A stretch of 64,000 nt of DNA from Daejeonella sp. (GCF_030684675.1 NZ_JAUXXZ010000066.1:18728-82727); one strand, 5' to 3'; positions 30,401-38,589 are shown, numbered from the stretch's first letter. Notes: a model not told the origin generated them from the sequence alone. Translations and numbers: made by a program.

Positions 30401-30841
30401 CTGCGTTTTAATTTGTTTTACAGGCTTGTTGTTGTTTGATTGAATCAGTACATTATTATCAACTTGCTTATAAGAAAGATGCGTGTTCTCCAAAAGCATG
30501 TTAAGCACCTGCTCCACTGTATAAGTTGATTGACTAATATTTTTTGAAGGTAAGGTCATCAATTCCCCTTTGCGATACACAAAGCGAAAGGGAGTTTGTT
30601 GTTCGATTTTTTTAAACGCAGACAATAAAGTCTCGTTTCTGAGCTCTAACCTAACTTCTACTGAACCAATCTTCTGGCTATTAGCTGGTAAAGCCAGTAG
30701 CATCTGTAAAGAAACGAGTAGAAAGGCAATGGATATAAAGCCAATTCGCATAATATGTATTATATAGTTTTTGAGGTTAGAGCTACCTGTGATAGTATTC
30801 ACTATGGCAACACCTGAGGTATTGTTTGTAAAATATTTCAT
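27473..30841 (-). CDS. susC: SusC/RagA TonB-dependent transporter with STN domain
   Basis: STN-like segment (AFKKIEQQTPFRFVY), plug motif LYVTDG..IESITVLKGAAAAALYGS..NGVILITTK, terminal F. Confidence 0.93.
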   Translation of the reverse strand: MKYFTNNTSGVAIVNTITGSSNLKNYIIHIMRIGFISIAFLLVSLQMLLALPANSQKIGSVEVRLELRNETLLSAFKKIEQQTPFRFVYRKGELMTLPSKNISQSTYTVEQVLNMLLENTHLSYKQVDNNVLIQSNNNKPVKQIKTQENINFVADILIRGQVTDSKGETLPGVSIKIKGTNTGATTDLDGKYSINVPDNGSVLVFTYIGYNTQELVVGDRTTINIQLETANTVLNEVVVTALGISRESKSLTYSAQNVKGEELTKATGTNVVNALQGKVAGMTITRGSGGVGGGSTVLLRGNRSITGNNAPLYVTDGVPGSIGIEDGDNIESITVLKGAAAAALYGSAGQNGVILITTKRGKAGTTSVDFNGGVLFDQADIHTELQSEYAQGDAGIYVPSSEHSYGPKMTGQSVALWNGKTISLAGQPDNLKDFFRTGATYNNSFSINTGTEKMQTFFSYGNIMAQGVMMNNDLTRHNLTLRVNNTISKKLSIDTKLTYNAENVDNSPVSYAITSIYRTPVSIPTSEMRNYMYTDVNGNLRQNYWKPGSSIIGNPYFYMYRNLNNENVSRVVGLLSAKYDFNNWLSFQIRGNINRTFSENENKTYSDSYWSTVGSTYSMGFNNNINSNIDGLLTFKRDLTKTINLSGHIGGYTQGSTNRGTTSNTNGLNKQDFFYLGNARAIQAVNTYSQSPLIQSVYSSLTFAYKNYLYLDVTGRNDWSSALPGGEESVFYPSIGLTAIVSDMVKLPSWVSYGKARISSANAGNGGNAYFGKEYYRVGIGGLISTPTIQTFDNYKPELTTSFEAGLDWRFFNNRLGFDLTYYKTKTTNQLLLIGAPSASTYDQRYINAGLIENNGIELIMNVTPIKLGSFSWDATFNYSKNNNNVVRITDEQKSVIIQSDDIVTTRVEVGRPFGELYVKGWQRNAQGGKLVDNLGRPLLTPGLTTYAGNFNPDLMAGLTNSFNYKNLSFGFQIDYRNGGNIIAGTQPLLDADGHSKRSLEGREGGIVLDAYRADGTKNTTSITSQAYFSTIGDRKPTGEEYNYSATNMRLREMTLDYKIPTKLLTKTKYIKGARISLIGRNLFFFSKSTPFDPDIARGRGGNEYIALPFSKTFGLNLKASF

Positions 30842-30853
30842 ACTTTTACATGT

Positions 30854-30967
30854 TTTATTTGATTAAAATCCTCTCTATGGATGAATTAGATTAAAACTGC
30901 TATAGGTCTAACCAATAGCGCGAAACCTTCTGAATGCTTCATTGCCGTGAAGTATTCAGGGGGTTTT
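30854..30967 (+). ncRNA. Candidate cis-antisense sRNA in the susC2 leader
   Basis: Near-consensus TACTTTTA at 30841-30848 overlapping the susC2 start codon; ends in a 19-bp hairpin (30923-30966) fully paired only on the + strand. Confidence 0.4.
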
Positions 30968-31035
30968 GATGTTTTAGGGCGGTAATTTCTTATACATGGT
31001 ATATTTTTTTATTTTAAACAACTTCTATTCAATTA

Positions 31036-32052
31036 TTATTCACAACCTGAACCATCCAGAACTACGACTTTATTGTCCCTGAACTGGTACTTAATCTGAT
31101 TAAACTCAGCAATAATATTTAATATCTGTGGAAGGCTTTGAGATTTCAAAAATGTAGCACTGAATTTGCAAGTTTTAATCTGCTCGTTTGAAAATACAAT
31201 AGAAACTCCGAACCTTTCCTGAAGCTGCTTAGCCACATCCTTAATACTTACATCATCAAAATAAATATCTTCGTTTGTCCACTTGATATATGACTCTGCC
31301 TTAACCGGAGTCTTAACTACATTATTATGTTCCTCATTAAAAACAATTTGCTCATTCGGTGTAATCACATTAAAAGTCTGGTTTTCATCCCCGACTTCAA
31401 CCTTTCCCCTGGTAACCGTAACTGTAACTGTCTTTGCACCGGCACTTGACTTAATGTTGAAAGCGGTTCCAAGAACTGTAGTTTTCAACTTCCCTGTATG
31501 CACAATAAAAGGCCTCTCTGAATCATGGTTAATATCAAAATAGGCCTCCCCCATAAGGTAAACTTCACGTTTCGCATCAGAATTGAAATTTTCAGCAATT
31601 TCAATCTGACTGTTTTCATTAAGGATAACTGAGCTACCATCGGGAAGGTTAATAAACCGACGGGTAGGCTTTTCCACTATTTTTGGCTTTTCTAAAATCA
31701 CCTTAACCTGTTGAGATTCTGAAATTCCAGATCTGCTTAAATAAAACATTGCAGAAAGTCCGATTATAAATATGGCAGCTGCCGATCTATACCAAAAACT
31801 TTTACTTTTGAGTTTTAGAAATGACTCTTTTTCTCTTGAAGAAGCCATTATTGAATTAAAGATGCGCTCAGCTTTTTCTTCAGGAATTGGAGCGTCTGAA
31901 GCAACCTGATTCCAGAATTCATCCAAAAGAATCTTTACCTCATCATCAAAGTCTTCCCGCTTCATCATTGCAAGAAATTCCTCAATTTCATCAGAGGAAG
32001 CCGTCTTTTTGATAAACTGTTGAAAAAGGTACCTGAACCTATGAATTGACAT
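31036..32052 (-). CDS. fecR: FecR-family anti-sigma factor
   Basis: TM segment, LPDGSSVILN, GEAYFDI and TTVLGTAFN motifs. Confidence 0.92.
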   Translation of the reverse strand: MSIHRFRYLFQQFIKKTASSDEIEEFLAMMKREDFDDEVKILLDEFWNQVASDAPIPEEKAERIFNSIMASSREKESFLKLKSKSFWYRSAAAIFIIGLSAMFYLSRSGISESQQVKVILEKPKIVEKPTRRFINLPDGSSVILNENSQIEIAENFNSDAKREVYLMGEAYFDINHDSERPFIVHTGKLKTTVLGTAFNIKSSAGAKTVTVTVTRGKVEVGDENQTFNVITPNEQIVFNEEHNNVVKTPVKAESYIKWTNEDIYFDDVSIKDVAKQLQERFGVSIVFSNEQIKTCKFSATFLKSQSLPQILNIIAEFNQIKYQFRDNKVVVLDGSGCE

Positions 32053-32172
32053 AATCTAAAATTTTAAATAAAGGTGATTTCCTCCTCTATCCATATCTAT
32101 ATAATAAAGACAGGCGAGAAACAAAAAAGGGTTAGTCAAAAAAAAATATTCTCAATCAGATAGAAATTCTGA

Positions 32173-32754
32173 TCAAATATTAGAAAATAAGATATAAATA
32201 TTCAGCACCAAATAGTTTGAAACAACTAGCCGAAGGGTACTTAATGCCTTTTTTAAATGAGCTTTAACCGTATTTTTAGAAAGATTAAGGTGGTTCGCTA
32301 TTTCCTCGTACTTCATACCTTCATCCCGACTCATGCTAAATACAATTCGCTGCTGAGGTGGTAACTGATTAACAGCCTGACCTAGAATATGCTGATATTC
32401 CTTATAAATCACTGTTTCTTCTGTGGTATCCTGATATTCGGAATTATTTAAGCTGAGTTTACCAATTATCACAGCTTCCAGAGCTCTGCGTTTGATCGCA
32501 TTAAATGCTCTGTTTCTAACTAATGTATACAGGTACGAACCAAAATGAACTATTTCGCCAAGACCCTGACGATTACACCAAACCTTCAGGAATGCATCCA
32601 TCACGATCTCCTCTGAAAGCTCTTCATCATCAGTTATCCTGAAAGTATAGTTGTAAAGCCTGCTACTATAATGGTTAAAAATTTCACGGAATGCCAGCTC
32701 ATTACCCTCTGAAACAAGGCGTAAAATTTCTGACTCATTCTGTAAAATTTTCAT
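32173..32754 (-). CDS. ECF sigma-70 factor (Bacteroides expansion type)
   Basis: AFREIFNHY..EIVMDAFLKVW and LPPQQRIVF..YEEIA..LSKNTVK motifs. Confidence 0.92.
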   Translation of the reverse strand: MKILQNESEILRLVSEGNELAFREIFNHYSSRLYNYTFRITDDEELSEEIVMDAFLKVWCNRQGLGEIVHFGSYLYTLVRNRAFNAIKRRALEAVIIGKLSLNNSEYQDTTEETVIYKEYQHILGQAVNQLPPQQRIVFSMSRDEGMKYEEIANHLNLSKNTVKAHLKKALSTLRLVVSNYLVLNIYILFSNI

Positions 32755-32889
32755 TTATTAGCCTGATTTTTGAAAAGTTGATTCCAATATAAAATTTTAC
32801 ATTTTAAATACAAAGAATTGATACTTGTTCGTTACAATTCTAAATGCAGCCACCGGACGATAGATATATTTTTTGAGAACATCCTATTT

Positions 32890-33357
32890 TTATACATATC
32901 CAATACAATCAATCTCAATAATCGATCGACCCGGAATTCCTCCTTTAGCAACTGCAACAGTTGAGCGAACTGGTGTTTTTTTACCAAACCTTCCTCTGTA
33001 TACCTCATTCATCCCATCAAAATCAGCCATATCACTTAAAAATACGGTGACTTTCAATACCTTTTCCATCGAGGAGCCTGCAGCAAGCAATCTCTTCTCC
33101 ATCTTTTTTAGTACAAAATCAGTATCAGCCTTGATTTCAAAAACGGATTCCGCATCTGCACCGGTCCCTGAGACAAAAACCAGATTTCCATATCTTATAG
33201 ATCCGGGATACAAGGTAACATCCGGGGATGTACCTGTACTCAAAAACGGGGCATCATTGTTTTGGGGAGTCTGGGACTGAGCCACCAGACTATATCCTGC
33301 AAGTCCGGCAATGGTTGAAAAAAGGCTGGTTATAACTGATCTTCGTGTTGATTTCAT
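32890..33357 (-). CDS. ridA: RidA/YjgF-family protein with Tat-like signal
   Basis: LVFVSG, KVLKVTVFL, PVRSTV (catalytic Arg) and IEID motifs; N-terminus STRRSVITSLF. Confidence 0.85.
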   Translation of the reverse strand: MKSTRRSVITSLFSTIAGLAGYSLVAQSQTPQNNDAPFLSTGTSPDVTLYPGSIRYGNLVFVSGTGADAESVFEIKADTDFVLKKMEKRLLAAGSSMEKVLKVTVFLSDMADFDGMNEVYRGRFGKKTPVRSTVAVAKGGIPGRSIIEIDCIGYV

Positions 33358-33403
33358 AGCCTGTTGTATTATTTATTGAATTCTTTAAAATTTAGCGGCC
33401 TGA

Positions 33404-35065
33404 TCAGGTTGCCAATGGCGGACCTGCAGGAATATTCACTTTTCTTCTTGGCGCTTTCTGCACATTTCGTTTAGCTGTGAATTTAGCTGTGCGGTACTCA
33501 CCGAGATGAATATCACCAGACATGCTGTCTCCATTTACAATCCCTGAAAACTGATAGGACAGATCATCACCCACAATTCGCATAGCACTTTGCATCATGA
33601 CCCGATTTCCCTCAATTGTCCCACTCATACTTCCTGATTGAAATTCAGTCTTATGTGTTCCGCTCAACCAATTGCCATCCTGCACGATATTTAATGAGTG
33701 CTGACTGACACTACTGAAAAACTGAACGCTTAAGTCCCAGCGCCCGCTAAGGTTAGCTACAGGTGCCATCATGCTTTCAGGTTTAGGATTACGCTTTTTC
33801 GAGAAAATTGAAAACACTCTTTCTGCTACAATTTTTTCCTCTCCGGCCTGCATTTGCCCGGTGGTGATATTAAAAAAACTCTCCCCGCTACTATCATCCT
33901 CTGCCCAAACCGCAATTCTGGGTTTATTTCTTCCCAGTTCTTCAGCAAGTTCAAACCCGCTGATATGCAGTTTTTGGGGATCCCAGCTAATTTTTAATAC
34001 TGGCGTTTTATTATCAAGTAAGATGCGTTCAATCACTTCTAATTTCAAACCCGAAATCGGGCTTAATCTTTTTGAAATAGTATCCAGCCATCCCAACCAT
34101 TTCTTCCAATCGGCATCATGGTCACGCTTTACCCAGTCTTCTACTGCTGCCATCATCCCAACCATCTCTTCTCTGCCTACTTTATTGTCGCGGCCCGGAC
34201 CATGATGCGGAGAACTTGCCTGCCATGCAGACATTAAAATAGATTTATCACCCAGCATTAAACCAGCGCATTGGGGTCCGCAAATTGCCTTTCCACCACT
34301 GTACGCAACAATTGTGGCTCCTCTCTTTAGATGGACCGGTGGTAAAGTCAAATTCTCTGCAGCGGCATCAATTAATACCGGTACCTGGTGTGGTTTAGCT
34401 ATCTGCGAAATCACTTCAAGTGATAATGGCTGTCCGGTAAATGTATCTGTATCGGTCGAGCGGATATAGATCATTGCAGTACGTGGATTAATTGCCTTCC
34501 GAAGCTCATCCGGTGTTTTCACACTCACAATTTTAACTCCAATGTTTCGTATGGCATGATCATAGGCATTCCTTGAAAAATCTGGTATAATCACTTCATT
34601 CTTATCAAAACCACTCAAATCAGGAATACGGATTAATTTCTCGGGATTTCCTCCTGTAACGCAGGCAGCTGTGATATGTTTAAGTCCGGCAGCACATCCC
34701 GCCGATACCATACCCCACTCAGCACCCGTAAGATCAGCCAGCCTCTGACCAATTCCATCGGCCAGTTCATCATACTGCACGAAATTATGTGCAGCTGCCT
34801 CCATAGCTGCACGAACGGAAGGACGCTCTAAAGAACCTCCAATAATCGTAAAAGTCCCCATACAATTGATGACAGGTTCGACACCAATGGAACGAAAAAT
34901 ATTTGCTTCATCCATGAAAGCTGAATTTGCTGACTTGGATGTTGATGTTTCAATTATGTTATTACTACCGGCAACTTGAGTATTTGCCTGTACAGATTGA
35001 TTTCTAAGCACAGTTCCTGCGAACGGAAGCAGTGTTAATCCTTTAATTACGTTTCTTCGTTTCAT
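33404..35065 (-). CDS. SelA/DgaE-like PLP enzyme, long form, Tat signal
   Basis: MKRRNVIK; INCMGTFT.IGGS, IDAAAE and SGGKAICGPQCAG motifs; C-terminal beta-rich domain. Confidence 0.85.
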   Translation of the reverse strand: MKRRNVIKGLTLLPFAGTVLRNQSVQANTQVAGSNNIIETSTSKSANSAFMDEANIFRSIGVEPVINCMGTFTIIGGSLERPSVRAAMEAAAHNFVQYDELADGIGQRLADLTGAEWGMVSAGCAAGLKHITAACVTGGNPEKLIRIPDLSGFDKNEVIIPDFSRNAYDHAIRNIGVKIVSVKTPDELRKAINPRTAMIYIRSTDTDTFTGQPLSLEVISQIAKPHQVPVLIDAAAENLTLPPVHLKRGATIVAYSGGKAICGPQCAGLMLGDKSILMSAWQASSPHHGPGRDNKVGREEMVGMMAAVEDWVKRDHDADWKKWLGWLDTISKRLSPISGLKLEVIERILLDNKTPVLKISWDPQKLHISGFELAEELGRNKPRIAVWAEDDSSGESFFNITTGQMQAGEEKIVAERVFSIFSKKRNPKPESMMAPVANLSGRWDLSVQFFSSVSQHSLNIVQDGNWLSGTHKTEFQSGSMSGTIEGNRVMMQSAMRIVGDDLSYQFSGIVNGDSMSGDIHLGEYRTAKFTAKRNVQKAPRRKVNIPAGPPLAT

Positions 35066-35374
35066 TTTATGATTAATAATTATTTTTTATCTTTTTCTAA
35101 GTGATGAGAGTATGTTCAATACAGATAATTTCGTTTAAATTAATTTATTTTCACACAGATTTATTGATTGGCAAAATCAGGACCAAGACCGAAATGCCGG
35201 AATTCAAGAACATTTGAAAATACAAAATAAACATTGATGCAAATGAAATTATGAATTTATTAATTCATAGGGCTAAGAACTGATGATTTCCAAATTCCAA
35301 CACCCGGCATATCCCTAAACTCTAGTCATAAAGCTCCATCTTCAGCTTAATAAGAAAATACCAAATTAAAACCT

Positions 35375-35382
35375 TACCTTTG
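35375..35382 (+). promoter_or_regulatory. Bacteroidota sigmaA -7 element for deaD
   Basis: TACCTTTG about 40 nt upstream of the ATG. Confidence 0.65.
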
Positions 35383-35423
35383 CGGCGCTTTCAGCAATAT
35401 AGCTGAGGGCTATAAAAATTATC

Positions 35424-37301
35424 ATGAACCCATTTATTACCTTGGGTATCCGTCATGATATTGTTAATGCCATTACTGAACTGGGATTCGAAAATCCCAC
35501 ACCAATCCAGGAGCAATCTATCCCGGTATTACTTTCAGGCAGCAACGATTTTGTCGGATTAGCTCAAACAGGAACCGGTAAAACGGCAGCCTTCGGCCTC
35601 CCCCTATTAGAATTACTGGATTTTGAAGAAAATTATCCACAAGCGCTAATTTTATGTCCTACACGTGAACTCTGCCTTCAGATCACTAATGATATAAAAA
35701 ACTACGCCAAAAACATGAAAAACGTTCAAGTCGTTGCTGTTTATGGCGGAGCAAACATTTCAGATCAGTTACGCCAGATCAAACGCGGCGTTCAGATCGT
35801 AGTGGCCACTCCTGGCCGTATGCTTGATATCATCAATCGTAAAGCAATTGATTTTACTCAGGTACAATTCGTTGTACTCGACGAAGCAGATGAGATGCTT
35901 AACATGGGTTTCCAGGAAGATATTGACAGTATTTTGTCAACTACTCCTGAGGACAAAAAAACCTGGTTATTCTCTGCAACCATGCCAAACGAAGTTCGTC
36001 GTATTGCAAAAAAATACATGACTGATCCTTTCGAACTGACTATGGGTACCAAAAATACCGGAAATGTCAATATCGAACACGAGTATTATATTGTAAAAGC
36101 AAGAGATAAATATGCAGCATTTAAGCGTATCGTTGATTTCAATCCTGAGATCTTCGGGATCGTATTCTGCCGTACTAAAATTGAAACTCAGGAAATTGCT
36201 GAGTCATTAATGAAGGATGGTTATAATGCAGATGCCTTACATGGTGACCTGTCACAACAGCAACGCGATAAAGTAATGAAGCGTTATCGCGAACGCAGCC
36301 TTCAGTTACTGATTGCTACAGACGTTGCAGCAAGAGGAATTGATGTGAATGATGTTACTCACGTAATCAATTATTCATTGCCTGATGAAATCGAAAATTA
36401 TACCCACCGTAGTGGCCGTACCGGTCGTGCAGGTAAAACAGGTATTTCTATCGCAATCATCAACTCCAAAGAACTTGGTAAAATCCGTCATATAGAAAGA
36501 ACCATAGGTAAGCAGTTTACAAAAGCTGAGATTCCAACCGGATTTGACGTTTGCGAAAAGCAATTGTTTGCCCTTGTTCATAAAGTACATAATGTAGAGG
36601 TTAACCAGGAGCAGATCGAACAATACATCCCGCGTATTATGGATGAATTTAAAGATCTGGATAAAGAAGAAATCATTAAAAGATTTGCTTCCCTTGAGTT
36701 TAACCGTTTCCTTGAATATTATTCCAAAGCCCCTGATCTCAATATTTCTTCTGATGACAGAGGATTTGAGCGTTCTGAAAGAGGTGACCGTTCTGAGCGT
36801 CCAATGAGATCAGGCACTAGTGCCGGATATACCCGATTGTTTATGAACCTGGGTTCAGTGGATGATTTCACGCGTGGAGATATGCTTGGATTCATTTGCA
36901 ACAATACCAAGATCAGCGGAAAAAGTGTAGGAAAGATTGACCTGAAAGGTGTGTTTACATTCTTTGAAGTTGAAGATTCTGCAGTCAATCAGGTTGTTGA
37001 AGGTTTCAAAACTGTTGATTTCCAGGGAAGAAGTGTCCGTATTGAATTAGCAGGCGACCGGGATGCCGGAGGCGGTGATCGTGGTGGTTCTTCTTACCGT
37101 GGCGCAGGCGGCGGTGCTGGACGCAGAGAAGGTGGAAGTGGTGGCGGATACCGTGGCGGAAACGGCGGTGCCGGCAGACGCGAAGGTGGTAGCGGCGGTG
37201 GTGGTTTCCGTGATTTTTCTGGCAAACGCCGTGAAGATCGTAGCGGAAGCAATGCCGGTGGAGCACGCCGTGAAGGCGGCGACAGACGCAGACGCATCTA
37301 G
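35424..37301 (+). CDS. deaD: DEAD-box RNA helicase with DbpA RNA-binding domain and Gly/Arg-rich tail
   Basis: Q motif, AQTGTGKT, PTREL, DEAD, SAT and HRSGRTGRAG motifs. Confidence 0.93.
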   Translation: MNPFITLGIRHDIVNAITELGFENPTPIQEQSIPVLLSGSNDFVGLAQTGTGKTAAFGLPLLELLDFEENYPQALILCPTRELCLQITNDIKNYAKNMKNVQVVAVYGGANISDQLRQIKRGVQIVVATPGRMLDIINRKAIDFTQVQFVVLDEADEMLNMGFQEDIDSILSTTPEDKKTWLFSATMPNEVRRIAKKYMTDPFELTMGTKNTGNVNIEHEYYIVKARDKYAAFKRIVDFNPEIFGIVFCRTKIETQEIAESLMKDGYNADALHGDLSQQQRDKVMKRYRERSLQLLIATDVAARGIDVNDVTHVINYSLPDEIENYTHRSGRTGRAGKTGISIAIINSKELGKIRHIERTIGKQFTKAEIPTGFDVCEKQLFALVHKVHNVEVNQEQIEQYIPRIMDEFKDLDKEEIIKRFASLEFNRFLEYYSKAPDLNISSDDRGFERSERGDRSERPMRSGTSAGYTRLFMNLGSVDDFTRGDMLGFICNNTKISGKSVGKIDLKGVFTFFEVEDSAVNQVVEGFKTVDFQGRSVRIELAGDRDAGGGDRGGSSYRGAGGGAGRREGGSGGGYRGGNGGAGRREGGSGGGGFRDFSGKRREDRSGSNAGGARREGGDRRRRI

Positions 37302-37321
37302 AAGAATAAAGAGCAAAGTAT

Positions 37322-37367
37322 AAGGAGCAAAGACGAAGGTTAAACCTGAGTTTTTGCTCCTTTTTTT
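37322..37367 (+). terminator. Intrinsic terminator of deaD
   Basis: AAGGAGCAAA...TTTGCTCCTT stem followed by a T-run. Confidence 0.75.
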
Positions 37368-37373
37368 GTTTAG

Positions 37374-37429
37374 AACCAGGAGCCAAGAACCAGGAATCAA
37401 GACAGACTATTTAGTTGTTGGTTGTTAGT
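37374..37429. repeat. Short heptamer arrays (AACCAGG/AGCCAAG/AATCAAG, then TAGTTGT/TGGTTGT)
   Basis: Four 7-mers at 37374-37401; TAGTTGTTGGTTGTTAGT at 37412-37429 is identical to 63930-63947. Confidence 0.7.
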
Positions 37430-37508
37430 AATTATCAAATGAATTACCTTTTTTTAATATCCTTGAGCACAAATTTTAATTGAAGCCAGAATAAGTCTTG
37501 GTTCTTGA

Positions 37509-37585
37509 TACTCACTACTCAATACTCAATACTCACTACTCACTACTCAATACTCACTACTCAATACTCACTACTCAATACTCAA
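37509..37585. repeat. Tandem heptamer array (TACTCAC/TACTCAA) x11
   Basis: Counted directly; the last unit overlaps the gpsA stop codon. Confidence 0.95.
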
Positions 37586-38589
37586 GTCAGTTGCTCCGAC
37601 AATAATTTCATCTCAATCTGTGGAGAATGTCTTTCATAAAGAATTGCATACACCGCACGGCAGATTGGCATATTTACTTTATAGGCTTTATTGATCTGAT
37701 GAAGGCAGTTAACGGCATAATAACCCTCTGCAATCATATTCATCTCCAGTTGGGCAGATGTTACCGTATAACCCTTACCGACCATAAAACCAAAAGTACG
37801 GTTACGGCTAAATTGTGAATAAGCTGTCACCAAAAGATCTCCCAGATAAGCCGATTCTTTAATATCCCTTTGTATTGGATGTATTGCCTCAACAAAACGG
37901 GAAGTCTCGCGAATTGCATTCGAAATAAGCACTGCCTGGAAATTATCTCCGTAACCTATACCACGACAAATACCGCTTGCAATAGCATAAATATTTTTCA
38001 GAACTGCAGAATATTCAGTGCCATAAATATCATCGGAAACATTTGTTTTAATGTAACGGGTATTAAGCATCGATGCAAAATCTGCTGCCAGGCCTGCATC
38101 CTGCGAAGCAATGGTCAGATAGGACAATTTCTCAAGTGCCACCTCTTCCGCATGGCAGGGTCCGCTGATTACAATGATATCACTGAAAGGTATCTGATAA
38201 TGCTTATTCAGAAACTCTCCGATGATCATATTCTCGTCGGGAACTATACCTTTGATTGCAGAAATTATCTTTTTGCCTTTCAGATCCTCCGGACTAATAC
38301 CATTCAATGCGTCTTTTAAAAAGGCTGCGGGCACATTCAGAACAATCAATTCGCAAGGTGCTATTAATTCCTTCAGGTTAGTACTGAGGTTCCTGTCAGG
38401 GATTCTTATTTCCACTGAACTCAGGTAATGCGGATTGTGATTATAATGACGGATATGGTCAATTGCCTCCGGGTTTCGCATCCACCAATAAATCTCCTTA
38501 CCGATCAGATTATCGGACAAGATCTTTACAATCGCGGTTGCCCAGCTACCTCCACCAACTACAGCTATCTTTTTCTGAATTTGTACCAT
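37582..38589 (-). CDS. gpsA: NAD(P)H-dependent glycerol-3-phosphate dehydrogenase
   Basis: GGGSWATA, SGPCHAEEV, LKNIYAI and GDLLVTAYSQFSRNR motifs. Confidence 0.95.
   Translation of the reverse strand: MVQIQKKIAVVGGGSWATAIVKILSDNLIGKEIYWWMRNPEAIDHIRHYNHNPHYLSSVEIRIPDRNLSTNLKELIAPCELIVLNVPAAFLKDALNGISPEDLKGKKIISAIKGIVPDENMIIGEFLNKHYQIPFSDIIVISGPCHAEEVALEKLSYLTIASQDAGLAADFASMLNTRYIKTNVSDDIYGTEYSAVLKNIYAIASGICRGIGYGDNFQAVLISNAIRETSRFVEAIHPIQRDIKESAYLGDLLVTAYSQFSRNRTFGFMVGKGYTVTSAQLEMNMIAEGYYAVNCLHQINKAYKVNMPICRAVYAILYERHSPQIEMKLLSEQLT

Noticed and set aside
1-35065. Calling the SelA-like genes selenocysteine synthase (selA)
   Set aside because: Five paralogues with Tat leaders, no selB/selD/tRNA-Sec in view, and a deacetylase/RidA context fit the DgaE-like branch instead.
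35066-35423. Genomic-island boundary with att site or integrase
   Set aside because: No tRNA, integrase, transposase or att-like repeat is visible; horizontal origin cannot be claimed without GC/codon statistics and comparative genomes.
37006-37400. Overlapping ORFs 37006..37386, 37047..37400, 37063..37323 and 37094..37297
   Set aside because: Low-complexity alternative frames of the GC-rich deaD tail.
37509-37585. Heptamer arrays as CRISPR
   Set aside because: Units are 7 bp and contiguous, with no spacers and no cas genes.
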